From NCBI GenBank assembly GCA_015232535.1, contig JADFZM010000003.1, positions 1-58,649 of the forward strand: 58,649 nucleotides of DNA. The letters run 5' to 3'. Origin of the DNA: Candidatus Omnitrophota bacterium (GTDB taxonomy: Bacteria; Omnitrophota; Gorgyraeia; Zapsychrales; Zapsychraceae). Shown here piece by piece: positions 45,655 to 53,847 of this stretch; the first letter of the stretch is position 1; each line of letters starts with the position of its first letter. A program made the translations under genes and the position numbers. A model generated the notes under the pieces. That model was not told where the DNA came from, searched no databases, and saw nothing but the letters and a program-made list of their open reading frames with translations.

Positions 45655-46908
45655 ATGACAAACAACAACCAAAATGAATCGGGGCTAAAATTCGTGCTTC
45701 GCGCTTTTAGGAATAGAAATTACCGGATATTTTTTGTCGGGCAGGGAGCCTCTTTGGTGGGCACCTGGATGCAGCAAATGGCTATGAGCTGGTTGGTTTA
45801 CCGTCTTACCAATTCGCCTTTTCTTTTGGGAATGATCGGATTTTTGGGGCAGGTCCCGACATTTTTATTGGCGCCTTTAGCCGGGGTTATAGCCGACAGG
45901 CATAACCGCCATAGGCTTTTGGTTATTGTGAATATTCTTTCGATGCTTCAGGCGGCTGTGTTGGCCTGGCTATTTTTTACTCACAATTTGCAAATATGGC
46001 ATATTCTAGCCTTAAGCGTTTTTGTGGGGATGGTCAACGCCTTTGAAATCCCTACACGGCATTCGTTTACATTCGAACTTGTTGAACACAAAGAAGACCT
46101 GGGGAATGCCATTGCGCTTAACTCTTCTATGTTCAATATAGCTCGGCTGATCGGGCCTTCTATCGCCGGAATTATGATCTCTGTGGCCGGAGAAGGATGG
46201 TGTTTTACTCTTAATGCTTTAAGTTTTCTCGCTGTCATAGGGGCATTATTGCTGATGAGAGGTCTTGGATCAAGGCCGAAAAATAATGATAACGATATAT
46301 GGCGGGATTTAAAGGTCGGTTTTGTTTATGCTTTTAATCATAAGTTGATCAGAAATGTTCTTTTGCTATTGAGTTTTATTACTTTAATGGGTGTTCCTTT
46401 TCAAGTATTGATGCCAGTTTATGCCAAGGATATTTTTCACGGTGACTCGCGCACACTTGGCTTTTTATGGGCTATGGCCGGAGTGGGCGCCCTTACAGGC
46501 ACGCTTTATTTGGCGGGAAGGGGAAATGCTATGGGTTTACTTCCGATCGTCACTTCTTCGACCGTGATTTTCTCCGTTTCGATTATTGCCTTTTCGTTTT
46601 GCAGTATTTTCTGGCTGACGATGGCAATAATCGGGGTTGCCGCTTTTTATATGATGGTGAATATGGCCGCGAGCAATACTATTTTGCAGACTGTTGTCGA
46701 TGAAGATAAGCGCGGCAGGGTAATGAGTTTTTTTACTATGTCCTTTATGGGGACCGCTCCTTTTGGAAGTTTGATAGCCGGGGTTGTTGCCGAGAAGATC
46801 GGCGGGCCTTGGACTTTGCTTGTCACGGGTATTATATGCCTTATCGGAGCCGTTATCTTTCAGAAGGTTATAACGGATAAACCTATTAGCGATAGCCTGA
46901 AGGCTTAG
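45655..46908 (+). CDS. MFS transporter (EntS/MFS_3-like)
   Basis: The protein has about 12 TM segments and the motif GVIADRHNRHRLL (MFS motif A-like). Confidence 0.8.
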   Translation: MTNNNQNESGLKFVLRAFRNRNYRIFFVGQGASLVGTWMQQMAMSWLVYRLTNSPFLLGMIGFLGQVPTFLLAPLAGVIADRHNRHRLLVIVNILSMLQAAVLAWLFFTHNLQIWHILALSVFVGMVNAFEIPTRHSFTFELVEHKEDLGNAIALNSSMFNIARLIGPSIAGIMISVAGEGWCFTLNALSFLAVIGALLLMRGLGSRPKNNDNDIWRDLKVGFVYAFNHKLIRNVLLLLSFITLMGVPFQVLMPVYAKDIFHGDSRTLGFLWAMAGVGALTGTLYLAGRGNAMGLLPIVTSSTVIFSVSIIAFSFCSIFWLTMAIIGVAAFYMMVNMAASNTILQTVVDEDKRGRVMSFFTMSFMGTAPFGSLIAGVVAEKIGGPWTLLVTGIICLIGAVIFQKVITDKPISDSLKA

Positions 46909-47000
46909 GGAAGTTGTTGGGGCGATAAATTCGGCTATAAAATAAGTTGCATTTAGGAAATAATATGTTAAACTAAAAACAGTAAAGAAGCATGTCTCAA

Positions 47001-47037
47001 GCCGCAAGGTTTTTGAGCTAGCCTTGCGGTTTTTTTA
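47001..47037 (+). terminator. Rho-independent terminator after the MFS gene
   Basis: The stem CCGCAAGG (47002..47009) pairs with CCTTGCGG (47022..47029) and is followed by T8. Confidence 0.8.
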
Positions 47038-47220
47038 TTAATCCTAATTTTGTATATGAATTTTTGGATTGAAGAAATCAAGCGCATAATAAAGTGCGCC
47101 GCAAAATTGGGATAACCCCGCGGGATGGTTTGTTGCCGTATAGCAACAAAACATGGCGGGAATATCAGGGGATTTTGCTAGTGCAAAATCAAGGTTAATG
47201 CTAAAAGGAGGAAACAGGAA

Positions 47221-47421
47221 ATGGTACGAGGAAAAGTAAAGTGGTTCAGCAATCAAAAAGGTTATGGTTTTATCACTCCCGAATCAGGAAGCGATGTATT
47301 CGTGCATCACTCTGAAATTCAAGGCGAGGGTTATAAAACTCTTAACGAAGGGCAGGAAGTAGAGTTCTCAATAACTAAAGGTCCAAAAGGCGAACAAGCT
47401 ACCAAAGTAGTGAAACTATAA
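47221..47421 (+). CDS. cspA: Cold-shock protein (CspA family)
   Basis: [33 protein letters not shown] contains the RNP1 (KGYGFI) and RNP2 (VFVHH) motifs. The RBS is AAAGGAGGA. Confidence 0.95.
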   Translation: MVRGKVKWFSNQKGYGFITPESGSDVFVHHSEIQGEGYKTLNEGQEVEFSITKGPKGEQATKVVKL

Positions 47422-47435
47422 ATTCTCTGCACAAT

Positions 47436-47475
47436 CCCCGGACGGTTTAAGGACTGTCCGGGGATTTCCTTTTTA
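47436..47475 (+). terminator. Rho-independent terminator after cspA
   Basis: The stem CCCCGGAC (47436..47443) pairs with GTCCGGGG (47456..47463) and is followed by ATTTCCTTTTT. Confidence 0.75.
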
Positions 47476-47552
47476 CCCCATCGATATAAACAATAATTTA
47501 TCCGAAGAAACTTTGACAGGCTCTTTCTTCTGTAGTATATTTAACTCGCTGA

Positions 47553-47570
47553 ATAGTTAACATAGTTAAC
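47553..47570 (+). promoter_or_regulatory. Tandem ATAGTTAAC ATAGTTAAC repeat (each unit contains the palindrome GTTAAC), candidate MarR operator
   Basis: A perfect 9-nt direct repeat lies immediately upstream of the marR-like gene that heads the RND operon. Confidence 0.4.
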
Positions 47571-47587
47571 AATTAATGGAGTTAGAT

Positions 47588-48046
47588 ATGAGCCATATCC
47601 CCTTACCCGAGTTTGCCGACAGGATCAACGAAATTCTTCCGGTATTGTTCCGCGAGTTCTCTAAAAGGCAGGCTAACGAGTTTTTCAAGGGCAAGATTAC
47701 TATGCCGCAATTCCTTGTTTTAGGATTTTTATACAAGCAAAAAGAAGCAAAGATGTCGGATTTGGCAATGTTCATGAAAGTTTCAACTCCCGCCATGACC
47801 GGCACCGTCGATAGGATGGTAAGAGACGGTTATGTGTCACGTTTATACGAAGCCAATGACCGAAGGATCATAAATATCGGACTGACCGCAAAAGGCATAG
47901 CTTTGGTAAAGAAAATATATGAGCAAAGGCGGGAAATGATAATCAATGTGTTCGGAAAATTAACCGAAAAAGATCGAGAGGATTATTTGAGGGTATTAAC
48001 CCAAGTACATAATGTGATGGTAACCGAAAACAACGTTAATTTATGA
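47588..48046 (+). CDS. MarR family transcriptional regulator
   Basis: The winged-HTH pattern is ITMPQFLVLGFLYKQKEAKMSDLAMFMKVSTPAMTGTVDRMVRDGYVSRLYEANDRRIINIGLT. An alternative start lies at 47576. The stop overlaps the tolC start (ATGA). Confidence 0.88.
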   Translation: MSHIPLPEFADRINEILPVLFREFSKRQANEFFKGKITMPQFLVLGFLYKQKEAKMSDLAMFMKVSTPAMTGTVDRMVRDGYVSRLYEANDRRIINIGLTAKGIALVKKIYEQRREMIINVFGKLTEKDREDYLRVLTQVHNVMVTENNVNL

Positions 48047-49320
48047 AAAAAATTTTAGCAAGCCTAGTAACATTTACCTTTATATATGCCCAGCTGATAT
48101 ACGCAAGCGAGCCGATATCCTTGACCATTGAACAGGCGCTAGGATTAGCCCTTCGTGATAACCGGGAAATTTTGTTAAAGTCACAAGAAGTAGAGAAATC
48201 TAAGAAGAAATTAAGCGAGACTATTTCAGGGTTTATGCCGAGCATCACGCTCGGAGGAAGCTGGTCGCAGACGAATGAATTATACGATTCAAGCCTAAAA
48301 CAAACGACTGCTCAGGGGACATTAAAACAGTATCTTTTCAGGGGAGGAAAAGCGATTAATACCGTCTCGCAGAACAAAGCAAAAGTCTCAGTTGCCGAAG
48401 CGGTCCTCGAGAAAACCCGAATTGAAACCGTTTTAAATGTGCAAAAAGCCTTCTATCTTATTTTACTGGCACAAGAGTATGCTTCGCTTAATGAAAGAAT
48501 AGTTGAAAATGCCAAAATACATTACCAAAGCATTGAAATCCGCTATCAAAAAGGCCGAGCTTCTTCCTTGGAAAGGGCTCTCATGAAGGAAGAACTGGAG
48601 AATGTCGAGCAGGTTTACGGCTCATCTTTGAGCCAGGTCGAATCAGCCCAAACGTTGCTAAAAAATTTGCTTTTTATAGCTTTGGATACGGAAGTAAAAC
48701 CGCAAGGGGATTTCTCCTCCACATCTGACCAGCTTAAATGGGAAGACGGTTATCTTCAGGCGCTTAAGACCCGCCCGGAAATAAAGCAGTATGAATCGCA
48801 GATAAAAGCGGATAAAAAAGGAATCGAGATCGCGAAAGCCGATACCCGTCCGACTATATATGCTTCCTGGGATTATTACGGCCGCTCCCATACAAGCGGC
48901 ACGGCAACAAAGAATTGGAATGATTATAACGTTATCGGGGTCACAGTCTCCTGGCCGATATTCGACGGATGGACGACAAAATCCAAGGTAGAACAGGCCA
49001 TAATCGATCTTAAGGAAACCGAGCTTAGTAAAGAGAAGGTAACTTCAGATATTATTTCGGAATTGAAGAATGCTTATTTGGACATGAATGATGCCTTTGC
49101 CAAAATAAAGTCGCAGGAAGCAGAGGCGGCATTTTACAAGGAGTATTTAGATGAGTTTCAGGCGAAACACGACAAAGGAATAGCCAGCGTTCTTGATTTA
49201 AGCGACGCGAAACTCGCCTTTGAGGTTTCTCTTTTCAGCCAAAAACAAGCCGTATATGAATATCTGGTTGCCAAGGCGAGGTATCAAAAGGCAATGGGAG
49301 GAAGGATCAATGAAAAATAG
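48043..49320 (+). CDS. TolC family outer-membrane efflux protein
   Basis: The signal peptide is MKKILASLVTFTFIYAQLIYA. The OEP repeats are LTIEQALGLALRDNREIL and YLQALKTRPEIKQYESQ. Confidence 0.88.
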   Translation: MKKILASLVTFTFIYAQLIYASEPISLTIEQALGLALRDNREILLKSQEVEKSKKKLSETISGFMPSITLGGSWSQTNELYDSSLKQTTAQGTLKQYLFRGGKAINTVSQNKAKVSVAEAVLEKTRIETVLNVQKAFYLILLAQEYASLNERIVENAKIHYQSIEIRYQKGRASSLERALMKEELENVEQVYGSSLSQVESAQTLLKNLLFIALDTEVKPQGDFSSTSDQLKWEDGYLQALKTRPEIKQYESQIKADKKGIEIAKADTRPTIYASWDYYGRSHTSGTATKNWNDYNVIGVTVSWPIFDGWTTKSKVEQAIIDLKETELSKEKVTSDIISELKNAYLDMNDAFAKIKSQEAEAAFYKEYLDEFQAKHDKGIASVLDLSDAKLAFEVSLFSQKQAVYEYLVAKARYQKAMGGRINEK

Positions 49321-50259
49321 CTGGAATAGTTTCTATCAGGCAATAATTTCCCATAAAGCGAATTTGGGGAAAATCAGTAAGAAGTTTTTATATCTTCTTT
49401 TGGCCGCTGTATTGATTGTGGTCATAACCAGAAGTGTATCTCCTAAGAAGGAAAAGGCGAAGAAAACAGAGTCAATCCCCGTTAAAGTCAATGTGACCCA
49501 ACTGACCCAGCTTAACGAGATTATCGAATACGTCGGGGATGTCAAGGCCGATGAAGAAGCGATAGTTTATCCTAAGGTAACAGGGAAAGTGATTGAAAAA
49601 GCGAAAAAAGACGGCGATGTTGTCACGAAAGGGGAACCCTTAATGTATGTAGACCGTGATGAAGTCGGGTTAGAATATCAGAAAGCCCCGATAGAAAGCC
49701 CGATAAACGGTGTATTAGGGAGGATATATGTCGATGTCGGGACGAATGTCGCCCCTTCAACCGCTTGTGCCTTGGTCGTGAATATAGATAAGGTGAAAAT
49801 AGAGCTTGATATCCCGGAGAAATACCTTCCTTTTGTCAGTATTTCTCAACCGGCCCAGGTCAGGGTCGATGCTTATCCCGATGAGATCTTTAATGGCGAG
49901 GTTACTAAAGTCAGCCCGGTTATCGATATCTCGACGAGGAGCGCTCCCGTTGAGATTACTTTAGCCAATTTTGACCATCGCCTTAAATCGGGGATGTTTG
50001 CCAAAGCCTTATTGACCGTAAAGGAACATAAAAATGTTGCGGTAACCCAAAGGAAGCTGTTATCGGCAAGGAACCCAATGCCTATCTTTATGTTGTGGAG
50101 AATAATAAAGCGGTGTTAAGGAAAGTTTCTTTAGGGATAAGGCAGGGGCCGTATTATGAAGTTGATGAGGGGATAAAAGAAGGCGAAAAAGTTGTTGTTA
50201 TGGGCCAACAAAGGCTTTTTGAAGGGGCGGAAGTTTCGGTTGAGGAGGAAGGAAAATGA
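49310..50259 (+). pseudogene. RND-type periplasmic adaptor (membrane fusion protein) interrupted by a 1-nt frameshift near 50032..50048
   Basis: The first frame (ATG 49310) gives a TM anchor and lipoyl/barrel motifs (VGDVKADEEAIVYPKVTGKVIEK..., SPINGVLGRIYVDVG), then runs into 25 junk codons and a stop at 50119. The -1 frame continues from about 50044 with the canonical MFP C-terminus NPKEAVIGKEPNAYLYVVENNKAVLRKVSLGIRQGPYYEVDEGIKEGEKVVVMGQQRLFEGAEVSVEEEGK. It ends at TGA 50257..50259, overlapping the RND pump ATG (ATGA). Confidence 0.85.
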
Positions 50260-53200
50260 ACCTTCCGGAATTTGGTGTAAGAAAGCCGGTCACAAATATG
50301 ATGATTTTTCTTTCGATCATCATCATTGCTTTCTATAGCCTTACCCGCCTCGGGATCGATATGATGCCCAAGATCGAACCGCCGTCGATTACCGTTATTT
50401 CCGCTTATCCGGGGGCTAGCCCCGAGGACGTTGAGATAAAAGTGACGGAACCTTTGGAGAATCAGCTATCAACCACTCCGGGAATAGAGAAAATAACCTC
50501 ATCGTCTATGGACGGGGTTTCAACAGTTACGCTAAAATTCAAATGGGGGACTAATTTAGATGAAGCCTCCAATGATATCCGCGACAGGATCGAATTAGCC
50601 AAAAGGCAGCTTCCTTCCATTCCCGATGAGATGGACAACCCGTTTATTTTTAAGTTTAACACCGCTAATTTCCCTATCCTTTTTATGGGGATCACGGCCA
50701 AAGAATCATATTCCGGGCTTTATGATTTAATAGAGAAAAGAGTAGCTGATACGATCCGGCAGATACCTGGGGTGGGGACCGTACAGGCTTTCGGCGGGCT
50801 GGAGAGGCAAATAAATATATGGATCGACCATGCAAAGCTGGAGGGATACGGCTTATCGATATTCGACATACAAGGTGCCTTGAAGAAAGAAAATGTTACC
50901 CAGCCCTTGGGAAGCATTAAATCCGGGATGACGGATTATCTTCTGCGCCTTCCGGGGGAATTTGCGACACCCGATGAGATAAATAAAGTCATACTTTCCA
51001 AGAAAGACGGGAAATACATTTACCTGAGGGACGTTGCCACGATCGAGGACGGGTTTAAAGAACAGTTGATGAAAATAAGGTTTAACCGTAAGCAGGCGCT
51101 ACTCATGATGATGCTTAAGCAAACCGGCACAAATACAGTCGAGGTCGCAACGAAGATTAAAAAGAAATTGAAGGAATTAGAGAAGGTACTGCCGCAGGAC
51201 GTAAAGATGCATATTATTTTCGACAGCTCTAAAGATATCATAAGTGCTCTAGATTCTCTTAAGAGCTCTGTTTGGCTGGGGGTTATTTTGGTGGTTTTTG
51301 TCGTCTGGTTTTTCCTGAGGCAGATAATGGGTAGCTTGATAATTGCTTTGACTATCCCTTTTTCTCTTCTTATTTCTTTTGTTTATCTTTTTCTGGCCGG
51401 AAAAACAATAAATGTCATCAGCCTGTCATCTTTGGCTATAGCCTCGGGGATGGTGGTAGACAATGCCATTGTTGTCGTAGATAACGTTTACCGGCACCTG
51501 GAACGGGGCAAAAGGCCGACGGAAGCCGCTATTTACGGCACCTCGGAGATGGCCCTTTCGGTCGGGGCATCGACTTTGACCACGGTCGTAGTTTTCCTTC
51601 CGATGTTATTTGTTACCGGAGTTACGGGTATAATGTTCGGGGAACTTGCGGTAATTGTTACCGTAACTTTGATCGCCTCATTATTCACCGCGATAACCTT
51701 TAGCCCCATGCTTTGTTCGAAATGGTTAAGGGTGCAGACGCTGCTCAAGGGGGGGAACCGTTGGCAGTTATTCTTTAATAATTTCTATGAAACATCCGAA
51801 AGGATGTTTAAGGGCTGGGAAGAATATTATTCTAAGGCCCTGGGATGGTGCCTATCGCACAGAAGAAGGGTTATAACTGTTTTTAGCGTTGTTTTTGTTG
51901 TTAGCCTGATATTGGTAAAGTTCATCGGCACGGAATTTATTCCCGAGGAAGATACGGGAGATTTAAGGGTTAATGTCAGTTTGGGCTTAGGAACACGGCT
52001 TGAGGAGACGGATAAGGTTGCTCATCGTATCGAGGATATTTATGAGAAATATGTTCCGGAGGCGACCGTTATTTATGCCAGAAGCGGAGAGACACCTTCT
52101 TCGCGCCGTTCGACAGCCGGGGCTTCGGGAAAACATGTCGTAGTCAGCGGGGCGAAATTAATCGAAAAATCGAAGAGGAAAAGATCTGTTTGGGATATCG
52201 GCCAGGGGGTAAGGAATGAAATCAAGAAAATCCCCGGGGTTATAAAGACGGACATCGTCGCCGGTAATCCGATGAGCCGCATGATCGTCGGTGGTTCCGG
52301 GAAAAGCATCGAGATCGATATTATCGGCAATTCCTTCGAAGAGACGGGAAAACTGGCCGAGAGGATAAAAGCTTTAGTGGAAAAAGTCCCGGGGGCGGTT
52401 GATGCCTCGATCTCCCGCGAAATAAACCGCCCGGAATTAAAGATTGCAGTAGATCGGGAGAAAGCGGCTGTTCTGGGTTTGGATATGAGCACGACCGCGA
52501 ATACTATCAAATCTTTTATTGAAGGCACGACAGCGACGAGGTATCGGGAAAAAGGGGAGACTTATGACATCTATTTAAGGCTGGAAGAAAGTTCGCGTTC
52601 TAAGATAGAAGATGTGGAGAACCTCTCGATCGTTTCGCCTTCAACGGGGAAGATGGTTAAATTAAGCAACTTTGCCGCTGTTTACGAAGAGGCCGGGGCG
52701 GTCGCCATAGAAAGGCAGAACAGAGAAAGGATAGTCAAGGTCGAATGCAATGTTTATAAGACCTCTCCGGGAAGGCTAAGGGAAGCGATCAAAAAAGAGT
52801 TGGACAAGATTACTATTCCCGAGGATATTATCGTCGAGTTTGGGGGCGAGGCGGAAGAACAGGCTAAGGCATTCAAGGACCTGATCTTGCTCCTTATTCT
52901 GGGCATAATATTGGTCTATATGGTCATGGCCGCGCAATTTGAATCTCTTTTGGACCCTTTTATCGTTATGTTTTCCGTCCCTTTTACTTTTACGGGTGTG
53001 TTCGTCGCGCTTTTCATCACCCGGATGACTTTAAGCATTATTTCATTTTTGGGAATAATAATGTTAATGGGTATCGTGGTTAACAATGCCATTGTGCTCA
53101 TCAGTTATATCAATATCCTGCGGGCCAGGGGTTATTCACTTTTTGATGCGATAACGGTTGGTGGCAAAGAAAGGCTGCGCCCCGTACTTATGACTACGAT

Positions 53201-53384
53201 CACTACTTTAGCCGGGCTTTTGCCTTTGGCTTTTTTTCAAGGAGAAGGTTCCGAGACCTGGCAGCCTTTGGGGATAACGATGCTGGGAGGATTGACGGTG
53301 TCTACTTTGGTAACCATGCTTTATGTCCCGACTTTGTATGCGATTTTTGAGACCAGAGTCCGCGGGAAAAACGGGCGTCGGTAG
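50256..53384 (+). CDS. RND efflux transporter permease (AcrB/HAE1-like)
   Basis: The 1042-aa protein has 12-TM RND topology with two large periplasmic loops. Motifs include GIDMMPKIEPPSITVISAYPGASPEDVE, ASGMVVDNAIVVVDNV and MGIVVNNAIVLISY. Confidence 0.93.
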   Translation: MNLPEFGVRKPVTNMMIFLSIIIIAFYSLTRLGIDMMPKIEPPSITVISAYPGASPEDVEIKVTEPLENQLSTTPGIEKITSSSMDGVSTVTLKFKWGTNLDEASNDIRDRIELAKRQLPSIPDEMDNPFIFKFNTANFPILFMGITAKESYSGLYDLIEKRVADTIRQIPGVGTVQAFGGLERQINIWIDHAKLEGYGLSIFDIQGALKKENVTQPLGSIKSGMTDYLLRLPGEFATPDEINKVILSKKDGKYIYLRDVATIEDGFKEQLMKIRFNRKQALLMMMLKQTGTNTVEVATKIKKKLKELEKVLPQDVKMHIIFDSSKDIISALDSLKSSVWLGVILVVFVVWFFLRQIMGSLIIALTIPFSLLISFVYLFLAGKTINVISLSSLAIASGMVVDNAIVVVDNVYRHLERGKRPTEAAIYGTSEMALSVGASTLTTVVVFLPMLFVTGVTGIMFGELAVIVTVTLIASLFTAITFSPMLCSKWLRVQTLLKGGNRWQLFFNNFYETSERMFKGWEEYYSKALGWCLSHRRRVITVFSVVFVVSLILVKFIGTEFIPEEDTGDLRVNVSLGLGTRLEETDKVAHRIEDIYEKYVPEATVIYARSGETPSSRRSTAGASGKHVVVSGAKLIEKSKRKRSVWDIGQGVRNEIKKIPGVIKTDIVAGNPMSRMIVGGSGKSIEIDIIGNSFEETGKLAERIKALVEKVPGAVDASISREINRPELKIAVDREKAAVLGLDMSTTANTIKSFIEGTTATRYREKGETYDIYLRLEESSRSKIEDVENLSIVSPSTGKMVKLSNFAAVYEEAGAVAIERQNRERIVKVECNVYKTSPGRLREAIKKELDKITIPEDIIVEFGGEAEEQAKAFKDLILLLILGIILVYMVMAAQFESLLDPFIVMFSVPFTFTGVFVALFITRMTLSIISFLGIIMLMGIVVNNAIVLISYINILRARGYSLFDAITVGGKERLRPVLMTTITTLAGLLPLAFFQGEGSETWQPLGITMLGGLTVSTLVTMLYVPTLYAIFETRVRGKNGRR

Positions 53385-53404
53385 TAAAAAGGGGAGGTTG
53401 TTTT

Positions 53405-53698
53405 ATGCAGAAAATGGTAATGATAACATATAATGAATCTATCGACGCTGAGGTGATGGAAGCCTTGGAAATATCGGGCTTAAGCAGTTACACTAAAATT
53501 CCCGGAGTACTGGGAAAAGGAAATCTTTCCGGTACCCATTTAGGCACTGATGTATGGCCGGGCAAGAATAATATTTTATACATTGCGTGCGAGGAAAGAG
53601 AGGCGAGGCAGCTTCTCACTTCGGTCAGGAGCTTAAGGAAAGAAATCGGGAAAGAAGGACTCAAGGCTTTTGTTTTGCCGCTGGAGGAGCAGACTTAA
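53405..53698 (+). CDS. Small PII-like transporter-associated protein (resembles the PG0541/DUF3240-type proteins encoded after RND pumps)
   Basis: This 97-aa protein begins MVMITYNESIDAEVMEALEISGL...YTKIPGVLGKG, consistent with a beta-alpha-beta ferredoxin-like start. An RBS (GGGGAGG) is present and the gene sits directly downstream of the pump. The family assignment comes from memory of sequence pattern and context. Confidence 0.5.
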   Translation: MQKMVMITYNESIDAEVMEALEISGLSSYTKIPGVLGKGNLSGTHLGTDVWPGKNNILYIACEEREARQLLTSVRSLRKEIGKEGLKAFVLPLEEQT

Positions 53699-53797
53699 CT
53701 AGTCAATAATCAAGAAAAAACTTGTTATATCAGGAATATATTTTATAATTCGTAAATAAAGCAGTTTTAATCAAAGAAACCGAGAATTTTAAGAATG

Positions 53798-53832
53798 AAC
53801 CTTGATTAAGCTCAATCAAGGTTTTTATTTTT
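53798..53832 (+). terminator. Rho-independent terminator of the RND operon
   Basis: A perfect 10-bp stem, AACCTTGATT (53798..53807) with AATCAAGGTT (53814..53823), has a 6-nt loop and is followed by TTTATTTTT. Confidence 0.85.
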
Positions 53833-53847
53833 AGGAAAGAGATTCAA

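Noticed and set aside
50046-50052. A CCCAAAG heptamer near the MFP frameshift as a programmed -1 ribosomal frameshift site.
   Set aside because: Relative to the upstream reading frame (codons ACC CAA AGG), the heptamer is out of phase for X XXY YYZ slippage. A homopolymer indel is the simpler explanation.
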